Notes under the pieces: model-generated
Seen by the model: the letters and a program-made list of their open reading frames with translations, nothing else
What the model was told of the DNA's origin: nothing
Databases searched by the model: none
Source of the DNA: a virus
Taxonomy: Duplodnaviria; Heunggongvirae; Uroviricota; Caudoviricetes
DNA: 44,845 nucleotides
Virus record (IMG/VR): IMGVR_UViG_3300045988_181891
Direction: 5' to 3' (one strand)
Made by a program: the position numbers and the translations under genes
Shown here: in pieces, positions 37,195 through 44,845 of the stretch
Layout: each line of letters begins with the position of its first letter
Position numbering within the stretch: the stretch's first letter is position 1

Positions 37195-38220
37195 TTATGC
37201 AAACTGATTTAAAACATCCAACACTTGATCTGAGCAGAAATCCTCGACCTTGGTGTCATCGACAGCAGTGTGCGTGTCGCCACCAGGCTCTCCCTCCAGA
37301 TCCTTCACTTTATCCTTCAGGTCATCTCTCTCCTTTTCGAGATTCTTGACCTTAGTCTCTAACTCCTTCTTCTCGTCCTTGACCTTCTGAAGCTCTGTGT
37401 CTTTGTCGGTCACGGCCTTGGAGTCGGCAGCGATCTTATCCTCCAGTTTCTGCATCTGCTCCTGTGAGATTGTGCAGTTCTTTGCGGAATCTTCTGCCTC
37501 AATGCCCTCGATATTGAGGACATTGTTGATGTGAGTCCATTTTTTGATCATATTAATAATTTTATTTTGTGATTTATCTTTGCCGAATAATCGGTCGATG
37601 ATGCTTGGCTTTTTATCATACCAGGAGTTAACAACCTCTGGGAGAACAGGAAGGTTGTTGTACTTGATGAAGTCTTGCGTCTGCTCGGTGATGTCGGCAG
37701 GCTTGCCATCCATGGCTTCATCGACGAGACCCAGTTCGATGCACTCATCGACGGTGTGCCACATCGCTTCGGACATCACCTTGACGATGTCCTCGTGCTT
37801 CTTGCCCGAGCGATCGCAGTAAACGTTGGCGATGATGTTGTCGATTTTCTGCTGGTTCTCTTGCTGTTTTTGAAGTTGCTCGATGAGCGAGCCTATCTGC
37901 TCCTCGTTGAGCGCAGACCACACAAACTGCTCGGTAGAGCACTTGTGTACCAGGAGCAAGCTATATTTGCTCATGCGAATCTTGCTGGCACCCATCGCAC
38001 AGATGGTGGCAGCAGAGGCAGAGAAGCCCGCCTGGAAGTCAACGGTCACGTCGCCATGGGACTTGAACATCTGACAGATGGCGAGACCTGCGGAGACCTC
38101 GCCACCCAAGGAGTCGATGGCAACATCGACGTGCTTATCTTTGTTGGCCTTAAGAACATCGCGAACCATGAGCTTGGTCCACGAGCCAATATATCCTGTG
38201 ATAGAAATTTGGTACTTCAT
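37195..38220 (-). CDS. ClpP-family prohead protease with C-terminal coiled-coil (scaffold-like) extension
   Basis: ClpP signature IDSLGGEVSAGLAI and GFSASAATICAMGASKIRMSKYSLLLVHK; C-terminal about 100 aa is K/E-rich coiled coil. Confidence 0.8.
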   Translation of the reverse strand: MKYQISITGYIGSWTKLMVRDVLKANKDKHVDVAIDSLGGEVSAGLAICQMFKSHGDVTVDFQAGFSASAATICAMGASKIRMSKYSLLLVHKCSTEQFVWSALNEEQIGSLIEQLQKQQENQQKIDNIIANVYCDRSGKKHEDIVKVMSEAMWHTVDECIELGLVDEAMDGKPADITEQTQDFIKYNNLPVLPEVVNSWYDKKPSIIDRLFGKDKSQNKIINMIKKWTHINNVLNIEGIEAEDSAKNCTISQEQMQKLEDKIAADSKAVTDKDTELQKVKDEKKELETKVKNLEKERDDLKDKVKDLEGEPGGDTHTAVDDTKVEDFCSDQVLDVLNQFA

Positions 38221-38243
38221 ATATCTTTGCGATTTTTACGGCG

Positions 38244-38251
38244 CAAAGATA
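38244..38251 (-). promoter_or_regulatory. -7 promoter box TAtcTTTG embedded in an 11-bp perfect inverted repeat (38221..38231 / 38243..38253)
   Basis: atatctttgcg - atttttac - ggcgcaaagatat; the second arm abuts the protease ATG. Confidence 0.4.
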
Positions 38252-38280
38252 TATAATAATGTATAAGGATAAAAAAACTT

Positions 38281-38700
38281 TTATTGGATGATTTGGAGCG
38301 GTTTTATCACGTCAGACCATGTCACGGTATAAGTGATGAGCGATGAGTCTGTGTGTGAGCTTGGCATATTTTCGGTGCGAGTGAGCACCGGGAAGGGACG
38401 CTGGTCTCTGCCCAGAAGATAGGCGCACCCATCGGCGGTAGTCACCTTGTAGGCGAGCGGGTGAACCTCTGAGTCTATCTGCTCGCTCGACTTGAAGGTG
38501 AGCTTTGAAGTGAAAATGCGAACCTTGGACTCAATTTTGTCGGTGATTTCACAACTCGACGGCATTTTGCACTTTATCTGCTGGAAGACTGCACTTGCAG
38601 GAATGATGCAAAGATTTTTGGCTGGGAAGATGATAGCCTTGAGGTCATCGGCTCTCACGACCTCAATCTTGATGATGTTTTTGATGTATGACATAAGCAT
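38281..38700 (-). CDS. Hypothetical protein
   Basis: ATG at 38700; 139 aa. Confidence 0.5.
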   Translation of the reverse strand: MLMSYIKNIIKIEVVRADDLKAIIFPAKNLCIIPASAVFQQIKCKMPSSCEITDKIESKVRIFTSKLTFKSSEQIDSEVHPLAYKVTTADGCAYLLGRDQRPFPVLTRTENMPSSHTDSSLITYTVTWSDVIKPLQIIQ

Positions 38701-38779
38701 GAAAATTTATCTTTTTGTTTGGAATCGACGGATATTTCGGTTTTGTTCGGAGTTGTTTGCAGAGACGGAAAAATTTGTA

Positions 38780-39364
38780 TTAATCTTTGCTAAATCTTGT
38801 TGTAGATGTTAAATTTACGCCTCTTTTTGCGTGTTGATCACGCATTCTGTAGAAACATTGGCGTACGGTATCCTCGTAATCGATGCCAATGCCATGCTGT
38901 TCGCACCATGCCGAAATGAGCGATGAAAGCTTGCATGAGCGGTCGGCGATGTCTTTGAGCGAAGCCCAGAGATCCATCTTGAAGAGGTCGGAAATCATCT
39001 CTTTGACGGCACGTCTGGCACGTGGCCCGAGGTAGTTGTACTCTCGCACAGGCTTAGCCTTGGAGTCAGGCAGCTCGATGGCAAGATACTCTTCGGGATG
39101 GGTGAGCCATCGGCTCTGCTCGAACTCCTCGTCGTGGAAGGTATGCTTGACACTTTGGTGCAGTTGGCTGGCATCAGCCTGCTGCATCTCTTGGATGTTC
39201 TCTTGGTCGATAGGCGATAGGTTGACAACGGGAGGTCTGCTGGTGAACTTGCGGAGCACAGCCACCTCGTTGCCGATGGCAGGGAAGACCACTGGGTTGC
39301 CATAAGCTCGGTAAGCCCATTGTCTGATGTGGGTAGGAACTTTGATGTAAACAATTGGATTCAT
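38780..39364 (-). CDS. Hypothetical protein, first gene after the candidate origin
   Basis: ATG at 39364, 21 nt downstream of a promoter box; 194 aa. Confidence 0.5.
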   Translation of the reverse strand: MNPIVYIKVPTHIRQWAYRAYGNPVVFPAIGNEVAVLRKFTSRPPVVNLSPIDQENIQEMQQADASQLHQSVKHTFHDEEFEQSRWLTHPEEYLAIELPDSKAKPVREYNYLGPRARRAVKEMISDLFKMDLWASLKDIADRSCKLSSLISAWCEQHGIGIDYEDTVRQCFYRMRDQHAKRGVNLTSTTRFSKD

Positions 39365-39384
39365 ATAGCTATGCAATTTTCGTG

Positions 39385-39392
39385 CAAAGATA
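39385..39392 (-). promoter_or_regulatory. -7 promoter box TAtcTTTG (minus strand)
   Basis: Plus strand reads caaagata. Confidence 0.45.
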
Positions 39393-39504
39393 CAAAGAAA
39401 ATTTGAAATAACTAACGATAATCGGTAAAAACTAACTTTTATCAGTAAATTTGGTGTGATATAATTTCGTCCGAAAAGTTTGTATTTTTGTATCGTACAA
39501 ACAA

Positions 39505-39760
39505 GGCTCTGTAACTAGCTGATAATCAATACTATTTTTGTGATACAATTTTCTGATACAGAAATTGTAACTCTTTAGCTTTTGTAACTTGGGGTTTTGT
39601 CGAGGTCGAAGACCTGTAGGAGAAGGGGCTTGTTACAAACTTGAAAAACTTTGTAACCGAGTTGTAACGCAACTTTGTAAACATCGGCATGGCGGCTTAA
39701 CTCACTCTTTTTTAGTTATTTACCTCTTTTGCTAACATTATGTTACAGAGTTACAAAGGA
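39505..39760. repeat. Iteron-like array of TTGTAAC heptamers (candidate replication origin)
   Basis: Direct copies at 39565, 39582, 39651 and 39662, variant TTGTAAA at 39676, inverted copies GTTACA(A) at 39632, 39742 and 39750; AT-rich, non-coding, beside the primase gene. Confidence 0.5.
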
Positions 39761-39902
39761 TTTGTATAAAATAAAAGAAAGGGGTGTGGGGAAAACGATG
39801 GCACGGGGCGTGAAGGAGGTTAGAAAAGGCCCATCGAGACACCCAGGACACCCCCATTGGCCAATGGAGGGGTAGCGAGACGAAACATCGCCCATGGCAA
39901 CG

Positions 39903-39937
39903 AAAAAAGGGAGCGACGGCCAATGCGCATCGCTCCC
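39903..39937 (-). terminator. Rho-independent terminator (minus strand) after the primase gene
   Basis: 8-bp stem GGGAGCGA / TCGCTCCC with 13-nt loop, followed on the minus strand by TTTTTT. Confidence 0.5.
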
Positions 39938-40069
39938 TCGTAACATGGGAAAAGAATTATAAATCAGCAAAAATCTGCCTATGAAATCAGCCCTCGTCTG
40001 CTTGCAAAAATAGTGAAAAATTGCTTGAAAATTTAGCCGAAAATATTTGCATAATTCAGATATTTTTTG

Positions 40070-40077
40070 TACCTTTG
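40070..40077 (+). promoter_or_regulatory. Plus-strand -7 promoter box TAccTTTG pointing antisense into the primase gene 3' end
   Basis: GTACCTTTGCAC 12-mer identical to the tRNA promoter; TTTG at the expected -33 spacing (40046..40049). Confidence 0.3.
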
Positions 40078-40118
40078 CACTATAACTTGGGGCTATCTAT
40101 TCTATTATATATGGATGG

Positions 40119-43073
40119 CTAGAAAGGTTTATCACTATCTTTATCTACCTTGCTCCAGTCAATGGTAGATTGATATTCACCCCCAGCTGCAGGGACATCA
40201 GCCTTGGCAGCTTGTTTATCCTCTTTTTTATCATCACTCTTCTTGCTTCGGAGATAGATCATCTCGACAGGGCTGCCGTCTGGGTTAGCTGGATCGCGTC
40301 TGATGATGCGGTGCTGGCTGTTGCAGAGATCAGCTGGGTTCAGCTCTTGGATGTATGGACACAGCTCGACGAAGGCTCTGAGCTTTTTGGTGAAGCTCTG
40401 TGTGGTCGCCTTGTTGATGCCTGAGAACTGCTTGAAGTCATTGAACGCACGCTCTCTCACGATAAATGTATCGAGTCGCTCGCTCTCTTCTGAGAAGTAG
40501 GATGCAGCCCAGTCTTCGAAGTTGACACCCATGTCGGCCTTGAACTTGCGCTTGATGATGTTATCCATCGGTGGCATGATCTTGATAGGTTCGCCAGCCA
40601 AGGAGAGATAGAAACGACAGCACTGCAGGAAAAAGTTGATGTCAGCATTCCACTCATCCTCAGTGTATGTCTTTGAGAAGAGATCTTCGTCGAAGTCATC
40701 ACGGATGCTTCGGGTCTCTTGGTAATCATTCTCCTCTGTGCGCTGATGGTAATAGTCGGAGAACACCATATAGAGCAGTCTCGCCTCTGAGGAAGGGTCG
40801 AAGTCTGCCGGCACGTAGTTGGTGGTGAAGGCAATCTTCGGGCTATCCTCGAAAGGAATTGTGAAGCTCTGGTTGTTCTTTGGGTTGACTGTCATATCTG
40901 AAGTAATGTTATCGTAAAATAAACCTGTGTTGAGATAGCGGTCACAGTCATCGAGGAGCAGCATCTGGGTGTGCTGTGTCACCTGATCGAAGACGTGTGG
41001 GTTGTCCATCAGCTTAGGGTTGCGTCCGGAAAGCTTGACTGTTTTCATCAGCAGTGAAAGCGTCTTGAAGAAGAAACTCTTACCGGAACGGCCGTTGCAC
41101 TCGTTGTTTTCACCAATCTTGTTGTCCATCGCCATCGGAGCCCAAGCCCTGGATGGTGCCTTGTAATGATGGAGCATGTAGCCGAAGGTGAAAATCTTGT
41201 TTATCAAGTTCTGCTTTTGCTCTTGTATCTCGTTGTCGGCAAGCCCTTCGCCAGCGATGTCGAAGAGGTGTGCCTTGTGGTATGCCTCTTTCTCCTCGAT
41301 GCTCTTGTCCTCAAAAGCATACTCTAGCTCTTTGCGCCAGTAGGTGCGAGAGGCGTTGATGAGATAGCCGAAGAAGTGGGACTTCACGTTCTTGACCTCG
41401 ATGTCGAACTTCGGCCTGCCATCCTCGTCGATGGTTCGTGTGATGGAGAACATGTCATCCAACTTCTTGAAGTTGTGGTTGATGACATTCTCTTGCCAAA
41501 CATAGTTTTTGAGCGAGCTGCCCTCACGCTGGTACTCGTTTAGTCCATCTTTGGTGACCTCGACGCTGACACGAGGGAAGAAGAACAACTGCGAGTGGTT
41601 GGTGTAGCTGGTGAAGTCTAGCGTAATCTCTTGGAGCGAGTCGAGCGCCGATGCCGACAGCTTTGGCGTGTTGAGCACCAAGTTAAGGATGTCACGCTTC
41701 TCAGCTCTCTCGATGACCCATTGGCGGCAGAACTCACGGATGTCTCTCGTGGTGATGAGCTTGACGATGTTGCCCGTGATGCGAACATATTTGGTGATGG
41801 TCGAGTTGTCATCGTGCAAGGTATAGAAACCATTGAGACGAAGAAAATTGTAGAGGCACGCCGTGTCGATGTAGTGGTCCCAGGTGTTAGCCTTTTTGTT
41901 GAGCTTGCTCACCCAAAATCGGGCTGGCATCGCCAGTGTCATGAGGTTGCGGAAGTCTTTGCGAGTATTGCGCAGCTCCATCCAGTCTCGCAGGTCTTTG
42001 CGCCCCTTGCCACGGTTGTCGTGGTAGGTGCGAAGCCAAGAAGGCAACCATATCGTATGGATGTCGATGAAGCGCAGGGCAAGCTCTGTGCCCTTGGCGA
42101 TGCCCGTCTCGTCGATGTCGGGTATATTGTAGAGCACCTCGACATACTTCATAATCTCTCGGTACTCCTCGTCGCTGAGCTTGTAGGTCTCGGAGTTGAA
42201 CCATAACGGGTTGTAGCCCATGGAACGGCAGCAGAGACTGTCACGCTCGCCACTGCAGATGAAAGCCTCGGGAAGTTTCTTCTCCTTGTAAGGCTTGGAC
42301 TCGTCTGTGTTGGTCTTGTTGTACTCAGCCTCTTCACGGCGGTTGAACTCGTGATAGGCAGCCTTCAGCTCAGCTAGGCCATTGATGTATTGCTTAGGCT
42401 TGATGCCGTCTGGGGTGTAAGAGAATCGCCACTGCTTTTGGTAGTTGAGAGGCTCATATATCTTGTAGAACTTAACCTCAGGCTTGTCGCCTTCAGCTGG
42501 GCGAACCAAGCACTCACGCATAAAGATAGGGTAGTGCTCGTTGCTGTGCTTAATCTTGACCTTGCGGTCTTTGACGTATCCTATCCACTTGGCGGAATGC
42601 CAGTTGAGTGCATCGACGTGCTCTTGCTTGACGTTTGGACCCAGTACCTTCAGTTCATCCTCGGTGAACTTCTCGTTCAGCTCGAAAGGTCTGGTACCAT
42701 CTTTCTCGTTGATGGTGGCATCACGCTCTGTGAATGTAGGCTTGTTGACCTCTTTTTTGAGTTCATCGCTAACGTTGTATTCGGAAGCCAGTCTCAGGAT
42801 GGCATCAGGAAAGCGGTCGATGCACTTCTCTCTCATGTAGAGGTCGATAGGTGACTCGGCAGAGCCGTCGCCGCCGAAGTCAGTCACTCGCCAGCAGTCT
42901 TTGAACTTTTTGAGACTGCAGGAAGGTGTTTTCTCATTGCGGATGGCAAAGTGCTTTTTAGGCGTGCCAGTCGTGCAATATTTCTGGACGCATTCTTTTG
43001 CGTCCGGGTATAGTGAGATGATGATGTCGAGACCATCATCTGTAGCTTGATAAATTTGTTCTGCTTTGATCAT
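40119..43073 (-). CDS. DNA primase-helicase (Toprim domain plus P-loop NTPase; P4/D5/VirE-like)
   Basis: Toprim motifs CSGERD and DIDETG; Walker A GRSGKS and Walker B LLLDDCD; ATG at 43073 (ORF-track start 43103 is TTG). Confidence 0.75.
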   Translation of the reverse strand: MIKAEQIYQATDDGLDIIISLYPDAKECVQKYCTTGTPKKHFAIRNEKTPSCSLKKFKDCWRVTDFGGDGSAESPIDLYMREKCIDRFPDAILRLASEYNVSDELKKEVNKPTFTERDATINEKDGTRPFELNEKFTEDELKVLGPNVKQEHVDALNWHSAKWIGYVKDRKVKIKHSNEHYPIFMRECLVRPAEGDKPEVKFYKIYEPLNYQKQWRFSYTPDGIKPKQYINGLAELKAAYHEFNRREEAEYNKTNTDESKPYKEKKLPEAFICSGERDSLCCRSMGYNPLWFNSETYKLSDEEYREIMKYVEVLYNIPDIDETGIAKGTELALRFIDIHTIWLPSWLRTYHDNRGKGRKDLRDWMELRNTRKDFRNLMTLAMPARFWVSKLNKKANTWDHYIDTACLYNFLRLNGFYTLHDDNSTITKYVRITGNIVKLITTRDIREFCRQWVIERAEKRDILNLVLNTPKLSASALDSLQEITLDFTSYTNHSQLFFFPRVSVEVTKDGLNEYQREGSSLKNYVWQENVINHNFKKLDDMFSITRTIDEDGRPKFDIEVKNVKSHFFGYLINASRTYWRKELEYAFEDKSIEEKEAYHKAHLFDIAGEGLADNEIQEQKQNLINKIFTFGYMLHHYKAPSRAWAPMAMDNKIGENNECNGRSGKSFFFKTLSLLMKTVKLSGRNPKLMDNPHVFDQVTQHTQMLLLDDCDRYLNTGLFYDNITSDMTVNPKNNQSFTIPFEDSPKIAFTTNYVPADFDPSSEARLLYMVFSDYYHQRTEENDYQETRSIRDDFDEDLFSKTYTEDEWNADINFFLQCCRFYLSLAGEPIKIMPPMDNIIKRKFKADMGVNFEDWAASYFSEESERLDTFIVRERAFNDFKQFSGINKATTQSFTKKLRAFVELCPYIQELNPADLCNSQHRIIRRDPANPDGSPVEMIYLRSKKSDDKKEDKQAAKADVPAAGGEYQSTIDWSKVDKDSDKPF

Positions 43074-43100
43074 AATTCTTTTCCATTGTAAATTTTCTTG

Positions 43101-43108
43101 CAAAATTA
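43101..43108 (-). promoter_or_regulatory. -7 promoter box TAatTTTG (minus strand) for the primase gene
   Basis: Plus strand reads caaaatta, about 28 nt upstream of the ATG. Confidence 0.35.
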
Positions 43109-43241
43109 TTGCAAAGCGAGTTCAAAACAAAATACTTATTTTTTGTCGCATAGAGCCTTTGGCTCATACTCGACGTATCTGTGGAGAGGGTGGCAGTATC
43201 TGCCATTGATGCAGTTGCTGCCATCCTCGCACTTTTGGCAT

Positions 43242-43553
43242 TTAATCGGTGGCATCGACTTTTATATCAAAAGTGTCGTTGTGTAGCAACATCTTGGTAT
43301 GAACATAAATTGGTTTTTGTTCATCCTCATCCCATCCAACCTCTCGGAAGTCTCTGCCATCGATATAGCATTCGGTGGCGTATCCTTTGTCGGTCCACTC
43401 TACGATATGGTCTTTGTCGAACTCGTCTCTTGCTGGCACTGTAGCCAGAACACGAGTGCCAAACTTGCTGTAGCTAATCTCGTGTATAGTGACGTTAGGG
43501 TATTTCTCGATGATTGCCTCCTCGATAGATTTTGTCTTAGTCTTCTTTTTCAT
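43242..43553 (-). CDS. Hypothetical early protein
   Basis: ATG at 43553; 103 aa. Confidence 0.5.
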   Translation of the reverse strand: MKKKTKTKSIEEAIIEKYPNVTIHEISYSKFGTRVLATVPARDEFDKDHIVEWTDKGYATECYIDGRDFREVGWDEDEQKPIYVHTKMLLHNDTFDIKVDATD

Positions 43554-43743
43554 TGTTCTTCATTCTGAATTTAACAATACCTGCCACGATGCCGTCTTCT
43601 TGGTCATCGTAGAACATATTTAAATCTGTTGTGCCCTTATGGAGTGTACCATAGGACACGTCAACGGCAACGCTGGCATCCTCGAAATCTTTGAGGATGG
43701 CTTGAAGCTGTTTGCTGTTGCATCTGACTGTCATTTTTCCCAT
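43537..43743 (-). CDS. Hypothetical small early protein
   Basis: ATG at 43743; 68 aa. Confidence 0.45.
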   Translation of the reverse strand: MGKMTVRCNSKQLQAILKDFEDASVAVDVSYGTLHKGTTDLNMFYDDQEDGIVAGIVKFRMKNNEKED

Positions 43744-43949
43744 GATCCATCATTGATAATTTGCTCGATGACCTCTCTGTCGATGGCACGCCAAGTATTG
43801 GTGCGCATCTTATTGTAGATGGTGTTCTGGCTCATCTCTAGCTTTAGCTGCAGTGTGGCCATGAACTTGCTTCTCTTTTTGCGTGGTATCTCATTATACC
43901 ATGCGAGGATGATATTTTCATCATCATTTTTTTTGTTTTTTTCTTGCAT
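43731..43949 (-). CDS. Small basic protein, Cro/excisionase-like candidate (first gene of the minus-strand early operon)
   Basis: ATG at 43949, 22 nt downstream of the promoter box; divergent from the repressor gene; possible HTH segment LQLKLEMSQNTIYNKMR. Confidence 0.45.
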   Translation of the reverse strand: MQEKNKKNDDENIILAWYNEIPRKKRSKFMATLQLKLEMSQNTIYNKMRTNTWRAIDREVIEQIINDGSWEK

Positions 43950-43977
43950 ATTCCAATATTTATTATTAATTTTGTTG

Positions 43978-43985
43978 CAAAGTTA
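43978..43985 (-). promoter_or_regulatory. -7 promoter box TAacTTTG (minus strand) for the early operon
   Basis: Plus strand reads caaagtta. Confidence 0.45.
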
Positions 43986-44070
43986 GTAATAAAAATCGGA
44001 AAATACTAACGAAAGTAAGTAAAAACACCTATGATAATAGGTTAAATATTATTAATTAAATTAGGTAATT

Positions 44071-44448
44071 ATGTTTAATGGTCAGATAATCAGAAAGTTA
44101 ATGTCGGATGCTGGCTTAACTAAAAAAGAGTTTGAAAGACGTATGTTCGGTAGTAAATCGACCGACCTCAACCATTTGGAAAAAGCGAAGAATCTTCGCA
44201 GTGACACTCTCGAACGTCTGCGTGAGGTGTTGAAGTGCTCTATGGATGACTTCTTTACAGCACCCTCATGGGCTGAGAACGGAAAGGGGACAGTCGTAGG
44301 CTCTAACAATGTGCTGTCAACAGTAGCCATCGGCAACGAAGTGATGGAAGCCCAATATCTCAAGGAGTTGCTCTTGGAGAAGGACAAACGCATCAGCACT
44401 TTGGAAAATTATATCAAGCTTCTGGAGACTAACTTAAATAAGGACTAA
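44071..44448 (+). CDS. XRE-family HTH transcriptional regulator (putative prophage repressor)
   Basis: HTH region GLTKKEFERRMFGSKSTDLNHLEKAKNLRSDTLERLREVL; divergent arrangement across a 120-bp AT-rich switch region. Confidence 0.7.
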   Translation: MFNGQIIRKLMSDAGLTKKEFERRMFGSKSTDLNHLEKAKNLRSDTLERLREVLKCSMDDFFTAPSWAENGKGTVVGSNNVLSTVAIGNEVMEAQYLKELLLEKDKRISTLENYIKLLETNLNKD

Positions 44449-44537
44449 TACGAAACATAATTCGTAAGATGAATCCTTATATATAATAAGGTGTATAAAA
44501 TATATCGTATAATCTCAGCAGTGATATCCAACTCGTT

Positions 44538-44554
44538 AGTCTTGCCGCCGCAAC
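44538..44554 (+). repeat. attR core, 17-bp direct repeat AGTCTTGCCGCCGCAAC (displaced tRNA 3' remnant lacking CCA)
   Basis: Identical to 1270..1286; downstream about 55 bp resemble the sequence after the tRNA at the left end. Confidence 0.8.
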
Positions 44555-44718
44555 AATGCAAATCGGGTAGAAAGTTGTAATTCAACATTCTATCCGATTC
44601 TTTTTTTATCCCTATATTTATAATTTAACACTAAATATTTGCATATATCGAATAAAACTACTAATTTTGCACACAGATATTTTTATGTGCAATCATTTTA
44701 ATTAGGAGGGGCTTCAAT

Positions 44719-44845
44719 ATGTCAATTTCCAAAACAAGACAAAAGTTAGTAGATGTCGCCCGACAACTGTTTGCAAAGAACGGTATAGCAAATACCACTA
44801 TGAATGATATTGCTGTAGCTTCTGGTAAGGGTCGCCGTACGCTCT
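44719..44845 (+). CDS. TetR/AcrR-family transcriptional regulator, 5' fragment truncated by the window end (host flank)
   Basis: N-terminal TetR HTH signature RQKLVDVARQLFAKNGIANTTMNDIAVASGKGRRTL; ATG at 44719. Confidence 0.7.
   Translation, partial: MSISKTRQKLVDVARQLFAKNGIANTTMNDIAVASGKGRRTL

Larger units (their letters stand above)
1270..44554. mobile_element. Integrated tailed prophage (~43.3 kb) at the tRNA-Met 3' end
   Basis: 17-bp perfect direct repeat at both ends, integrase beside the tRNA, complete head/tail/lysis/packaging/replication gene set between the repeats, host-type genes outside. Confidence 0.8.

Noticed and set aside
1270-44554. Assignment of the prophage to a named phage family such as the hankyphage-like Bacteroides DGR phages
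   Set aside because: The size, host type and presence of a DGR are suggestive, but I cannot verify sequence identity without a database search, and this element uses a tyrosine integrase at a tRNA site, so no name is asserted.

Overview
The window is dominated by a ~43.3-kb integrated prophage (about 1270..44554) in a Bacteroidota-type host; 1..1212 and 44555..44845 are host flank. The prophage sits at the 3' end of an initiator-type tRNA-Met(CAT) gene and is bounded by a 17-bp perfect direct repeat (1270..1286 and 44538..44554), with a tyrosine integrase next to the tRNA. Apart from the integrase and an XRE-type repressor, every prophage gene is on the minus strand, read from the repressor-proximal end: Cro-like early genes, a Toprim/P-loop primase-helicase, an iteron-rich candidate origin, a ClpP-type prohead protease and putative capsid gene, small and large terminase, an accessory region (ComF-like PRTase, RadC, a three-gene AT-rich cassette), a long block of unassigned structural genes including a 1159-aa fibre-like protein, a diversity-generating retroelement (DGR), a holin/amidase/spanin-like lysis cassette, a tape measure protein and a distal tail protein. 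The most notable system is the DGR: a 122-bp template repeat (13698..13819) and a variable repeat (14109..14230) at the 3' end of a 490-aa structural gene differ at 10 positions, all at template adenines, and an RT-like gene lies immediately downstream. That RT-like protein lacks a canonical YxDD motif (it reads FMDN), and no Avd-like ORF is present. Minus-strand transcription units are punctuated by hairpin-plus-T-run terminators followed by TAnnTTTG -7 promoter boxes. All protein calls rest on motif recognition by eye and gene order; no database search or HMM was run, and the many unassigned structural proteins are called only by position.
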